Source: a virus. Taken from it: a stretch of 64,000 nucleotides of DNA. Under the pieces are notes generated by a model. That model was not told the DNA's origin, did no database searches, and saw only the letters and a program-made list of their open reading frames with translations. A program made the position numbers and the translations under genes. Location: the IMG/VR virus record IMGVR_UViG_3300037155_000096, one strand, 5' to 3'. The first letter of the stretch is position 1. Every line of letters begins with the position of its first letter. Shown here piece by piece: positions 44,933-55,786 of the stretch.

Positions 44933-47900
44933 TTAATTCACCGTATAATAACCTAAATAATTCGTTCCGTCGTATATGAACGAGCATGAGAGATTCCCAC
45001 TACTTCCATCAGGCGCTATTCCCCCCGCCCACCTAATGTTGCTTGGAAACGTGATAGCGTCTATTGATTCAGAGGCCGTGAATAGCAGGATATATCCAGC
45101 GCCCACCAAGGGGTTCTTAAACGTCAGCGAATACGTCATTCCGTCTGACGCATTAGTTATTCGCTGTTTGTTACCATTATTCCAGTCTACGATTGACGTT
45201 CCTGTGCCCATTTCGTACAGACCATCAGCATGCTGTCCTTTGAATATCACCGTTTTGGTGAACACTGCGCATACTTCCGGCTGAACATCCGTGAAGTAAT
45301 TCGAGCCCCGAGACGTTATAAACATACCTGTGTTCGTAGTGTCGATGTACTTCGAATAGTCACCATCCTCATATATGTATACTCTATATACAGAAGCTCC
45401 CGCCACAGCACCCCAACTTATATGAGCACCATGAGGGTACATGCCGAAGTTATAATTAACGCTTCCGGAAACTACTCCCCACTGACCATCTGCCGACTTC
45501 GCCTGAACCTTAATATGACCTGTCGCAAAGTTTCCCGAACCCTCTGCACCATCCGATACAATGGCTACTCCCGCCGGGGCATCCATCGAGACCACTGTAA
45601 GTCCTCTGGGCAACAAGGACGTCGTGGTAATCGCTGCATTTGTCCCCAAATTCATGGCTCCTTCGATAGCGCCGCTACTCATAAATCTTAGATCGTTTAG
45701 TCCCACGGGATTCCAGGATCTGTCATTTGTAGAACCGATAAGAATTCTCGCTCCTGCAGTTCCCGTCCACGCATCCGTCCCTATGTTAAGAATAGTATCA
45801 CCGTCTGCCCATATGTTAAACTTAACCGCCGTTCCGACCAAGAAACTAATTGCGGATGAATTCGACCAGCTCGAGCCAGCATATAACGATACGTTATTAC
45901 CTGTCATCTTTATCCTTGCACCACTACTGGCCGTCTGTATTGTTCCGCCCGTTATCGTAGCCGTCGAGGTTATACTTCCGGCAAGGTTCAAGATTCCAGT
46001 GTTGCCGTTGTAAAACAAATTTGTTCCGGTGGCACTTCCAATAAAAGCTCCGAAGGCATTATTCGATGGATCTTGACCGATGTAGAAGCCAGCTCCTAAA
46101 ACTACATTTGCAGAAATAGCCGCTGTGCCACCCTTGACGTATAGGTTGCTCGTTAAGTTCGAAAACTCAAGCAATGTTGCACCCGAGCCTGTCGATAACG
46201 TATGCGCTCCAAGGGCAAATCCACCTATCGCTCCTGCTGTAGCCGTTACACCACTGGCATTTATCGAATAATTCGTTCCCGACAATCCAGATGAATTCAG
46301 CGTGACATTACCTGCTATCAGAGAACCACCGCTGAGGGTGATACTACTTCCCGTTACTGATATTGCGCCGCTGAAAGCAGATGCACTTGTAACATTAAGA
46401 GAACCATTTACATTAGCTCCCGTTAGGGTTGCCACTCCGCTTGTACTTACACTGAAATTCGTACTTGTTATCCCAGAGGCATTGAACGTAATGCCTCCGA
46501 TGGTACCGGATGCACCTGTTATGCTTCCCGTGAACGTGCCAGATGCGCCTGATATGTCACCCCTGAACTTAGCGTTACCACTGCTGTCGATGTAGAAGTT
46601 CTTTGCTGAAATCCATCCAGACGAATTTAATATTACGCCTGCCGTTGTGTAAGCACCATCAGATCCACCTGCTAAGTTGCTTGACCATATTGACTGGTAG
46701 CTAAATGCGAAGCCAGCTAAACGGTTATACGAATGATCTCCTACTGCAGTACTCACTGTATCTGAACTTAATGCGAAGAATTCATTTCCGTTATGGTCCA
46801 TCATCTGAAGACCATAATAACCGGTTTTAACCGAGGTTGCACTTGCAGCCAGTTCTCCTAAAACCAGATGTCCCGCATTATTACTCTGTCTCCATACCTG
46901 AACTATTCCTTTCAGTATGATCTCCTGACCATAAATCGTTCCTGTCCCTGTCGTATTCGCATTATTGAAATACATCGTATTGCCGGTGTTACCAGCAGTA
47001 ACTCCATTGCGCAACATAGACGTAGTGAAATCCCAGCCCGCAATAACAGCTTTCTTGACATTGTTCAAATAGCTGAACTCGATAAACGGACTTGCATTAT
47101 TGTAATCAAATATCCCGAACCCATGCTTTCTCGTCGTCGGAGTAGAGCCGAACGTCCAGTTATTAGAGCCGTCCTTAGCAATCGGTAGTTCGCCGAAATA
47201 CATATTATATGAAACAACGCCTGTATCCACCGAGAGAGAAAGTCCCGCACTATAAATATTCTGACCATAACCAGTTCCGCCGTGTTCGTTCGCGAGCGAC
47301 ACATAGCCCGCTCCAACTCCAAGTGCAAGCGACTTATAGATTCTGCTCGCATCGATTGTCCAGCCCGCCGCCGTTACTGTTGTGCCTGACCAAGTCAGAA
47401 AGTTACTAGCTCCGAGCCATCCCGAATTTCCTGTTATCTGGGCATAATTCGATACCAACGTAACCGTACCATCACTTGCGTATGAGATTCTATTGCCCGC
47501 CGTTGTACCTGCCCTAAAGTTTCCGCCACCGTCTAACCACAAACCTGTTCCTGTGCCGAAAGCTGTTGCTGAGCCAAGCGCTATCGAACCAGTTGACGCG
47601 CTTGAGATTACAATCGTCGATGTGGACAAATTAAACGTGCTCGCTTTCATGCTGAGTGCGCCGGACACGTATTTCAAGTAAGACGCATCTGAAGCAGTCC
47701 CGACATAGAAATCAGTTCCATTTATCCATAAGCCCGCATTGGTCGTATCGGAGGCTACGGTTTTCCCACTTGCCAAAGTAAAACTTGACGTTTTAATAGA
47801 CACGACACCTGTGCTGATAAATTTAAGATATGAATTTGCATCCCCGGCATAGAATTCCGTTACACCCGAGTTCCTGGCAATCCAGAATCCCGCTGTGGTA

Positions 47901-50900
47901 TCTGAATACGAGGTCTTACCTGTACTTATACTTGCTAAATTGGTATCTCCATAAAGCTGGATCTTGCTACCGGCCGTCGGACCTACCGTAACAACTGAAC
48001 ACGTTGCTGAAACACCGCCGTCCAATACTATTGCACCTGCCGCTAAAGAAATTTTCTTACTTACAGAGTCAATGACCAGATCATCCGTGTTGGCGATCAG
48101 ACTAAATACACTGGCTTTAATAGTCGTAGCTATCGGCGTAACTTTTATGAAGTCCGTTCCTGACGACGTGGCCATGCCCGCCCTGAAATTACCATTGCCA
48201 TCTGCATAAATCCCTACTCCGGCATCAACTGAAGCGGCTGAACCGATTAGTATAGTCCCCGTTGACAAACCAGACAACGAAATGGAAGAACCTACGAAGA
48301 TTCGTGTGTCGGCAGCATCAATCTTAATTGTATCCACAGCAGCTGTCTGAGCTGCCGTCGATATGAAAACCTTGCTTGCCGATGACAGAGTGGCTGTATC
48401 AAAGTCCCATCCCGCTAAACTTGCTGTACCATTTAATCTAAGTGCAAAAGATTCACCACCACCTGACGTGTAGCCAAACAATCCTGATGTCAGGGGAACG
48501 CCTGTATTCGTGAGCTTTAACGCAGAGACTGCTGTTCCCGTGATATTCCCTATCATGATTGAACCGTCCGCCAAACCGATAGTATGCTCTGCGCTTCTTA
48601 TTCTCAATCCATAATCTGCTATCGACACGACCGGGTTCTGCATCGTACCGCCTATGCCGCCGGCGCATACCCACATTCCGTATTCCTCATCATTCTCTGT
48701 GATTTCTTTAAGAGACGCTTCATCTATCTCAAGCCATGAACCAGCAAACGAAGTTAAGCATACTCCCATGAAGAACCCTGGACTTGTCGCAATGAACGTG
48801 CCGGTTGCACTTTGGCAACTACCAGTATTCACCGGATAGTTGACATATACTGCACCTCCCTGTGCTTGAATACACATTGGATAGGACGACCTGTATTTCA
48901 TTGAAAACGAGTATTTCTTGCCTACCGTTAGTTGGTTCGTCGGACCATTCATTATGCCCCACCAGCCTCCTGCTCCGCCTGAAGTGCTGGTATCAAGATG
49001 AACCCTTTGCGCATTTCCGGTAAAACCATTACCTGACGTGAGACTATAGGTGACAGTAAATTTTGCGCTATCGTATGTAGCTACAAATCCATCAGCCAGT
49101 CCTGGCGTCACGTTAGTACTATGCACCCAGTCTGTGCCATTCGTAATTAGCTCGGGACCATAAGTTATTGCACTACCTGCATCGGTCGGCTGAAACTGTG
49201 ACGGGATTTTCTGTATCGTTCCGGTTATATCTTCGACCTGAAAACCGCAGGAATAAACGCTGAGCGGTAGAATCGCATCTTCATATAAAATCGCTCTATT
49301 CTGGTAAATACCAGTATCCGAGGACGAAGCGAAGTATGTTCTATAAAATCTCTTCCACTCAGTAGTGATCGAAAGCGGAGTGGTGCCTGACTTGTAAACG
49401 TTGTCGGCGATTCTATTCAGTCCCAGCATCTGCCCATCTGTATCAGTATATGCACTCGACGCTTTAAGCCAGCAACTTATAAGATACGTTCTGCCCGAAT
49501 AAATCTGGATGCCTGGTGAGGAATCAAGATAAATTCCGCCTGTTCCGCCCGTAGTTTTATTTAACACCTTATAAGGCAGATCCGAGTAGCCGCCATTAGC
49601 ATAACAGACTGCGGTTCCTGTGTCACCACCCCAGCCGAATCCCGTTGACGGATCACATGTATAAACCGTACCATAAACGTGGTTCGAATAATCTGAATAA
49701 GGGGCGAGATTTCTCGTAATCCTTCCCGCCATGAAAGTATTACCTACGCCCCTGATGTCTCCCGCTGTCAACGTACCGGATATACTTACATTTTTTTCCG
49801 CAAAGAGATTTTGCGTCCATAGACCATAGTCCTTCAAGGCTCCAAATACAGGGGACGTTAAACCCGCCAGATTTCCCAATCTTGACTGTACGGTGGGACT
49901 CATTAGCGTATTCCACTCTTCATCATAATCGTAATCCCAAGTCACTATCTGGGAATAAGGACTATTGCTACCATTATTACCATCGATGGCTGACACTTCA
50001 TAATAACCGTTTCCCGCGGCACCATAGTCAAGAGCCAGCGAACCCTTCATAAACGTTATTGCAGATGTGGGGTACTGGAACGGTTGAAAAAGATATGTCT
50101 GCGTCCAGGGTTTCGGATCTGCGCCACTTCCATATCTGCTATCGAAGAATACCCACCCATACATATCGGTGACATTCAATCCGCCACTTATCCGCGACTG
50201 GACTCTGAATCTGACCACATCATTGTCTTCAAAAACATTTCCTATAAAGCCGTCGAACTCTTCCACAGTGACGTAATAATCGCCCCAACCATCATCTCCA
50301 TCTCCAGGAACATAGACAAAATTAACAGCTAGTTTCGCGACTGATTTGCATATCATTTGTTCGCCTGCCAATGTCTGCTCTAAATCGGCGATAAAACTTT
50401 TGACGTGCAACTGATCAGCATAAATCGACCTGAAATCGGCATCACCATGCTGGGTTATGCGATAACCCGTTGTCTGGGAAGCGAAATCATTCTTGCTAAT
50501 TCCGCCACAATTTGTTAACGCTGAGTCTGCGGTACTCTTAATCGTTACGATGCCCGCACTACTAATGGTCAGCAACTGGTCGGTATCATTCGCCGCACCT
50601 ATATAAAAATCACTGCTATGCAGACCAATACGCCACATCCAGCCGCCTGTATCGGTGTTATACAGTCTTATGTATGGAACCGCTGAAGTGCCTGTCGCTT
50701 GTGATACTCTAAGATCTCCATTGACATCCAGCTTAGAGCCCGGATTCCTGCCAATACCGACATTGCCAGTATTATCTATTGATATCCTTGCCACACCAGC
50801 TGTCTCATCATTTATCGTGTAATACGAGGCGGTCGGATACATTGACCAGTTATGCCCTGACGTATTGTCCATACGGATTGCAGATGCCCACCCACCATTT

Positions 50901-53900
50901 CCGGAAATATGGATCTTGGCTGTTGCTGCTATAATTCCCAGACCGAAATTACCTGTCGATGTAAGCGCTGCTAATACCGTCCCTGCCAGACCACTAAAAC
51001 TATTTGACGTGTCCGTAGCGAAAAGCAAATTGCCTGTACTAGCTTGAACAAGTAACGAATATCTTCTTGCTGCTAAACTTCCATCCTGAATCAAATTTAT
51101 TCCGGCATCATAAGCACCCTTGTAGTTCTTTGCGGAGAAGACTCCATTATAACTATCTGCCTTCATACAGAACGACGCACCTGAGCCATCTGATGCATTA
51201 TTCCCCTCGAAAAGTGCCACATTACCGCCTGCCGAGCCACCCCTAACTTCCAAATGATAGGTGGGGCCGGAGAGTCCAACGCCTACGTTGCCACCATTCG
51301 CATTCAGATATGAATTGGCGGTACTTCCACTTATCCAGCTACCTATGTTTGCTGTGCCGCCATCATAAATTCTTAGCCCGCCCGAACCGTTTCCATAGCC
51401 GACGAAGACTGAGCCAGTGCCTTTTGCTCTCACTATTATATTATCATTGGCAGAGGGACTTATCGTTCCAATATACCCGCCACCAGTTATACTAACCCGA
51501 GTGGCGCCAGGTACTCCGAAATAAGAAGTTCCATTTACCTCCAAGGTAACTGCCGGAATACAGCCGATACCTATATATCCTGCATTCGTAACCGTAACCA
51601 GCTGGGTGTCCTGTGCTGTGTTAAAAATCTCGATATTCGAGTTGAAGCCTGTCAGCAATCTTAAATTGTTCGAAGCCGTCAGCCTAATCAGGGGGACTAC
51701 GGTTCCCGATGTATTCTTGGATAGCAAAGCATTGTTATTCGGAATAAATATCTCACCATTAACATCCAGCTTGTTATCTGGAGTCATTCCGATTCCAACT
51801 TTACCAGCATTCGTAATCGTAATGTTCGCCCCTGCAATAATGGTTGCATCATTGTAGTTGGCTAATCCGCTCGCATTTCCGATATATAAACTTCCCGCTG
51901 TCTGAGCAATGAATCCTTCCCTATTACCATAATTGAATAACGATACAACCGCCGCTTTATTTGCACCATGCCCCATTACCCTTACAGTATTCTGAGAGTC
52001 ATTATCTCCTACATGTAATCTGGTCGCAGCATCTGGACGCCCTATGCCCACACCAGTATTGACGATTGTCAGTCTATAGTCCGTACCCTCGGCATTGTGA
52101 AAATAATGAGCCTCACTTTTATAATGTATCTCGTCGTCGCCGAGCGTAATCGTGTCCGACCAGCCCGAGATCGTGACATTCCCGCTGTTCCCATTACCCC
52201 CAAGGTCATGCACTTCTAAATATCCCGATAGTCGAATGCCACCGTCGACATCCAGGGCTACAGCTGGCGACATCACATTGATGCCGACACACTCGCCTTG
52301 TACGATAAGCGTTGGCACGTCGCCATTAGTTCCGAATAAAAGTCTTCCCGATGTATTCCGATATGCTATGTCTCCGGCTTCAGAATCTGTGAACCAATGT
52401 CCTGGGATTTGCACATAAGCAATCCATGCATCTGCACCCGCTCCGCCACTGCCTATGCCGGATGGGCCGGTTATCGGCATGTCTATCCACATGGCATTGC
52501 CGTTAAACATTGAAACTGTCAACTTGTGCGTATCAGTGCCGAATACAGCATCCCCTGCAACCGCCAATGAAGTCAAGACTCCGACCGAAGTCAGATAGGA
52601 TGCCAACACGCCATTTCCCAAAGCGGTTGCGCTTAATACCTGGACGTTGTTTATCTTGAATACTTTTCCGGTTAATAAGTTCCAGTTCTCACTCGCGGTC
52701 CAGTTGACATTCGGACTGTCCCATGTAATCGTTTTATCTATCGTGCCCTTTAATGTCAGACCGCCGCCATTTGCTGTCCCATCAGTAGGCGTATTAACTG
52801 AACCGATCTCAATGTTCTTGTCATCAACCGTTAAGGTCGTAGCATTGATCGTTACCGTAGTACCATTGACAGTAAAACAGCCACCTATGGTCAAATCATT
52901 TGTAATCGTCAGCGCGGAAAATGTCGGACTGCTCGTGGTGAGCAATGCTTGGTTCAAATCAAATCCATCCACCTGATCGGCGTTCAACCCCGTTACCAGA
53001 TGTCCCCGTGCATTAGAATTCAGGACGAAGGGCGCAACAGGAGACGGCGGGTTTACATTTACAATTCCATTTATCGTAGCATCGTGCGCGGTAGTTAAAT
53101 ACGAAAAGGTGACGATACTTGTTGTAGCAAGTGCCTGGTTAATTGCATCCAGATACGTCTTATTACTATGAACGTGATGAATCGTCGCATCGCCTGTTGT
53201 GGCTATATGCGTGTCTATTACTGAGTGTGCGTTCGTACCGACCCCGGATAAGTCCGAGTGATTTCTCGTAGCCATATCAGTCAGATTCGAGCCGGACTTA
53301 CTTATCTTAGTCCATGCTATTGCCGCAGCACTTGCGATGTCCGCGTTACTCAGCTGAGCTAACGTTGAGAGCACGCCGCTTGCGTCGGCTTTCAGAAATC
53401 CACTTACAAGACTGCTTAGCGTTATGCCGCCTGATACCGAAAGACCTCTTGACAGGCTGAAGATCGTTCCGTTGTAAGACAATATGCCCTGAACGGTGTT
53501 ATCAAAAATCAATTTGGTCAGAGAACTACCGCCTACACCTATTGTAAATATCGGACTCGTAGTCCCCATTAAATTGCTTGCCGCAGCGTAAGTGCTGCCT
53601 GCCAGGTAGATATTGCCTCTTACCGTGAGGGATTCCACTTCCACGTCCATTCCCTTAAAGACAAATTCGCTGGCACTCATCTTAAAATAACTTTGCGGCG
53701 TCTGATAAACCAGAAGTCCTTGTCCACTCAGAATAACTTTCGGTGCATACGCTGTCAGATATATCTGATCGACAAACAGTTCATTGTCAAAGTCACAGTC
53801 CTCTCCATAAACCGCATCTCCGCTACGGACCACAAATTCGAGCTTGAAGGCATTGGACGTGTGCTGAAAACTTATGGTGACATTATTCCAGTCGCTCATT

Positions 53901-55786
53901 ATGTTCGAATACTCGTATTCGGCTAGATACGGATCTATAACGACCGTATGGAGCGTTCCATAGTTTAATCCCACCTTCTTTAACAACGTTCCGGTAGCCG
54001 AGTCCTTTATGTTTACATAAGCTTCGCCAGCCTGAGCACCGATAGCATTTGACTTCGCCCTGAACGAAAGGACATAAGTGCTCGCTGTTCCCGGAACACC
54101 TTCAGGCACCGTGGCTCCAGTCTTCAGCGCAACCGTTGTCAAATCATACGCTGCTTGTTCTTTTCCTGTACTCAAGTCCAAAGCGCCACCCGTAATCGTC
54201 GCACCACCCAAAACAAGAGCTGTTACATTCCAATACGTAGCAAGCGGGGAGAAAACTGGCAGAGCATTGGCACCCCTGAGAGCTGTCGGATCATCGAATA
54301 TCGTTGTCGAGTCCGTAATTACTATCTTATTGCCGACTGTTATTCCGGTGGAGTTCAGAGCAATCGAGGGAGTCAGAAATGAGCCACCAAATCCACCTGA
54401 ATTTGCCCATAACTTGCCTTGCTGTAATATAAAATTGGCGCTCTGCACCTGTATGTCCGAGCCATCCCAGTAAATTCCTTTACTCAGCGCGCCCGAGACT
54501 ACCGAGCCTACTCTGAAAATTCCATTTGTCGAGTCGGACATAAAAAGACCATTACCAGCCAAAGCGGCTGTGGCATTAGCTGAGCGTAGGATTCCGCTGT
54601 AAGCTCCATCTGTACCCAATGTCAGGCAATGAGTTATAACCGCATCATCTGTTAAGAGCAGTCCCGTTGCTACTGTCTCGAAATATGCAAGGGCTGTCCA
54701 GTGTGTCAGATCGAATGTTCCGGTCGAGTTATCAACCTTGCAGAAATAATAAACCCAAGGATCTGTTATTAAAACTCTGTATCTAGCTACATCTCTGAAA
54801 TCATTAGTCGCGCGGTATGTTTTCGTCGGATCGTAAGTTCCCCTATAAGTTACGCCTGGTCCGTTAATTCCGTTAGCTCCTGCCGCACCTGTCGCCCCCT
54901 GTTTGGACTTTACAAAACTGAATCGTTTCGTAGTTACATACGTAGAACCATCCAGAATGACAATATCCGCATAGCCCGTGTCGGCCATAAACATGTCAAT
55001 GGTTATCCGGGAGCCGTCTTCAGGTATGGCTGCGTTACAGCCGTAGGCAGACGAATCTTCCTCTGAGAATGTCGGCGTTATTTCATTGATGCCCTTGAAA
55101 AGCTGAACATCTGTGTAACCTGATGACGGTACCGGGTTATTGCCATCTTTATCAGTAGCAATGACCAGAACTTCATTTGAGAGAATTACTGAATAGGCTC
55201 CGGAGCCATCCGTTAACCGCGTAAGCGTTAGAACATCCATCATCGGAGTCATAACTCTTCCATCCAGCAATCCTTCTACCGTACAAGTTATTACAATCAG
55301 ATCGCTGCTGAAATCCGTTGCCAGAACAGTTAGCGTTGACGTGTGTCCCGATTGAGTGACACCATTCTTTGTCCATATAAAATTTGTGGGCGAGATGTTC
55401 GTAACAGAACATGTAACAATCGTGGAACTTGGTGTTATCGAGCCATCTTCATAACGCTTGAAAATGCCGCCACAGTTCGAATTCAGTGCAATCGCCCCGA
55501 AACTCGTACCGCTTCCTACCTGGAATGATTCCCAATCTCCATCCGGTACTAACTTAGGCAGATACCCGCCACCGTAGAATCTTAATTCATATTTACCGTC
55601 GGGTATCTCGTCTTTCGGGACCACCAGGGAATACTTGCCATATAGTCTGGTTACGTCCCTTGCGACCACTTTCGCGAGGGCAGGATCATATATGACTACC
55701 TCTACGCCAACGTCCGGCAATCCATTGGAACCGAACTTCTGACCATAGATAATAACGGAATCGTCATTATACGTAATGCCTATCAT
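44933..55786 (-). CDS. Giant modular tail fibre / adhesin (3617 aa)
   Basis: Uninterrupted 10.9-kb ORF; short collagen-like stretch, about 7 G(N/K/Y)VGIG-type modules, CBM-like segments, long beta-repeat region, fibre-type C-terminus (VDWNNGNKQRIT...FPSNIRWAGG). Confidence 0.85.
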   Translation of the reverse strand: MIGITYNDDSVIIYGQKFGSNGLPDVGVEVVIYDPALAKVVARDVTRLYGKYSLVVPKDEIPDGKYELRFYGGGYLPKLVPDGDWESFQVGSGTSFGAIALNSNCGGIFKRYEDGSITPSSTIVTCSVTNISPTNFIWTKNGVTQSGHTSTLTVLATDFSSDLIVITCTVEGLLDGRVMTPMMDVLTLTRLTDGSGAYSVILSNEVLVIATDKDGNNPVPSSGYTDVQLFKGINEITPTFSEEDSSAYGCNAAIPEDGSRITIDMFMADTGYADIVILDGSTYVTTKRFSFVKSKQGATGAAGANGINGPGVTYRGTYDPTKTYRATNDFRDVARYRVLITDPWVYYFCKVDNSTGTFDLTHWTALAYFETVATGLLLTDDAVITHCLTLGTDGAYSGILRSANATAALAGNGLFMSDSTNGIFRVGSVVSGALSKGIYWDGSDIQVQSANFILQQGKLWANSGGFGGSFLTPSIALNSTGITVGNKIVITDSTTIFDDPTALRGANALPVFSPLATYWNVTALVLGGATITGGALDLSTGKEQAAYDLTTVALKTGATVPEGVPGTASTYVLSFRAKSNAIGAQAGEAYVNIKDSATGTLLKKVGLNYGTLHTVVIDPYLAEYEYSNIMSDWNNVTISFQHTSNAFKLEFVVRSGDAVYGEDCDFDNELFVDQIYLTAYAPKVILSGQGLLVYQTPQSYFKMSASEFVFKGMDVEVESLTVRGNIYLAGSTYAAASNLMGTTSPIFTIGVGGSSLTKLIFDNTVQGILSYNGTIFSLSRGLSVSGGITLSSLVSGFLKADASGVLSTLAQLSNADIASAAAIAWTKISKSGSNLTDMATRNHSDLSGVGTNAHSVIDTHIATTGDATIHHVHSNKTYLDAINQALATTSIVTFSYLTTAHDATINGIVNVNPPSPVAPFVLNSNARGHLVTGLNADQVDGFDLNQALLTTSSPTFSALTITNDLTIGGCFTVNGTTVTINATTLTVDDKNIEIGSVNTPTDGTANGGGLTLKGTIDKTITWDSPNVNWTASENWNLLTGKVFKINNVQVLSATALGNGVLASYLTSVGVLTSLAVAGDAVFGTDTHKLTVSMFNGNAMWIDMPITGPSGIGSGGAGADAWIAYVQIPGHWFTDSEAGDIAYRNTSGRLLFGTNGDVPTLIVQGECVGINVMSPAVALDVDGGIRLSGYLEVHDLGGNGNSGNVTISGWSDTITLGDDEIHYKSEAHYFHNAEGTDYRLTIVNTGVGIGRPDAATRLHVGDNDSQNTVRVMGHGANKAAVVSLFNYGNREGFIAQTAGSLYIGNASGLANYNDATIIAGANITITNAGKVGIGMTPDNKLDVNGEIFIPNNNALLSKNTSGTVVPLIRLTASNNLRLLTGFNSNIEIFNTAQDTQLVTVTNAGYIGIGCIPAVTLEVNGTSYFGVPGATRVSITGGGYIGTISPSANDNIIVRAKGTGSVFVGYGNGSGGLRIYDGGTANIGSWISGSTANSYLNANGGNVGVGLSGPTYHLEVRGGSAGGNVALFEGNNASDGSGASFCMKADSYNGVFSAKNYKGAYDAGINLIQDGSLAARRYSLLVQASTGNLLFATDTSNSFSGLAGTVLAALTSTGNFGLGIIAATAKIHISGNGGWASAIRMDNTSGHNWSMYPTASYYTINDETAGVARISIDNTGNVGIGRNPGSKLDVNGDLRVSQATGTSAVPYIRLYNTDTGGWMWRIGLHSSDFYIGAANDTDQLLTISSAGIVTIKSTADSALTNCGGISKNDFASQTTGYRITQHGDADFRSIYADQLHVKSFIADLEQTLAGEQMICKSVAKLAVNFVYVPGDGDDGWGDYYVTVEEFDGFIGNVFEDNDVVRFRVQSRISGGLNVTDMYGWVFFDSRYGSGADPKPWTQTYLFQPFQYPTSAITFMKGSLALDYGAAGNGYYEVSAIDGNNGSNSPYSQIVTWDYDYDEEWNTLMSPTVQSRLGNLAGLTSPVFGALKDYGLWTQNLFAEKNVSISGTLTAGDIRGVGNTFMAGRITRNLAPYSDYSNHVYGTVYTCDPSTGFGWGGDTGTAVCYANGGYSDLPYKVLNKTTGGTGGIYLDSSPGIQIYSGRTYLISCWLKASSAYTDTDGQMLGLNRIADNVYKSGTTPLSITTEWKRFYRTYFASSSDTGIYQNRAILYEDAILPLSVYSCGFQVEDITGTIQKIPSQFQPTDAGSAITYGPELITNGTDWVHSTNVTPGLADGFVATYDSAKFTVTYSLTSGNGFTGNAQRVHLDTSTSGGAGGWWGIMNGPTNQLTVGKKYSFSMKYRSSYPMCIQAQGGAVYVNYPVNTGSCQSATGTFIATSPGFFMGVCLTSFAGSWLEIDEASLKEITENDEEYGMWVCAGGIGGTMQNPVVSIADYGLRIRSAEHTIGLADGSIMIGNITGTAVSALKLTNTGVPLTSGLFGYTSGGGESFALRLNGTASLAGWDFDTATLSSASKVFISTAAQTAAVDTIKIDAADTRIFVGSSISLSGLSTGTILIGSAASVDAGVGIYADGNGNFRAGMATSSGTDFIKVTPIATTIKASVFSLIANTDDLVIDSVSKKISLAAGAIVLDGGVSATCSVVTVGPTAGSKIQLYGDTNLASISTGKTSYSDTTAGFWIARNSGVTEFYAGDANSYLKFISTGVVSIKTSSFTLASGKTVASDTTNAGLWINGTDFYVGTASDASYLKYVSGALSMKASTFNLSTSTIVISSASTGSIALGSATAFGTGTGLWLDGGGNFRAGTTAGNRISYASDGTVTLVSNYAQITGNSGWLGASNFLTWSGTTVTAAGWTIDASRIYKSLALGVGAGYVSLANEHGGTGYGQNIYSAGLSLSVDTGVVSYNMYFGELPIAKDGSNNWTFGSTPTTRKHGFGIFDYNNASPFIEFSYLNNVKKAVIAGWDFTTSMLRNGVTAGNTGNTMYFNNANTTGTGTIYGQEIILKGIVQVWRQSNNAGHLVLGELAASATSVKTGYYGLQMMDHNGNEFFALSSDTVSTAVGDHSYNRLAGFAFSYQSIWSSNLAGGSDGAYTTAGVILNSSGWISAKNFYIDSSGNAKFRGDISGASGTFTGSITGASGTIGGITFNASGITSTNFSVSTSGVATLTGANVNGSLNVTSASAFSGAISVTGSSITLSGGSLIAGNVTLNSSGLSGTNYSINASGVTATAGAIGGFALGAHTLSTGSGATLLEFSNLTSNLYVKGGTAAISANVVLGAGFYIGQDPSNNAFGAFIGSATGTNLFYNGNTGILNLAGSITSTATITGGTIQTASSGARIKMTGNNVSLYAGSSWSNSSAISFLVGTAVKFNIWADGDTILNIGTDAWTGTAGARILIGSTNDRSWNPVGLNDLRFMSSGAIEGAMNLGTNAAITTTSLLPRGLTVVSMDAPAGVAIVSDGAEGSGNFATGHIKVQAKSADGQWGVVSGSVNYNFGMYPHGAHISWGAVAGASVYRVYIYEDGDYSKYIDTTNTGMFITSRGSNYFTDVQPEVCAVFTKTVIFKGQHADGLYEMGTGTSIVDWNNGNKQRITNASDGMTYSLTFKNPLVGAGYILLFTASESIDAITFPSNIRWAGGIAPDGSSGNLSCSFIYDGTNYLGYYTVN

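Noticed and set aside
44976-55528. Numerous plus-strand ORFs in the track, here and across both phage arms
   Set aside because: They are antisense shadows of long minus-strand genes with no motifs; likewise the short minus-strand ORFs inside the BREX genes.
44933-55786. Diversity-generating retroelement acting on the fibres
   Set aside because: No reverse transcriptase, and no near-identical template/variable repeat pair was seen in the window.
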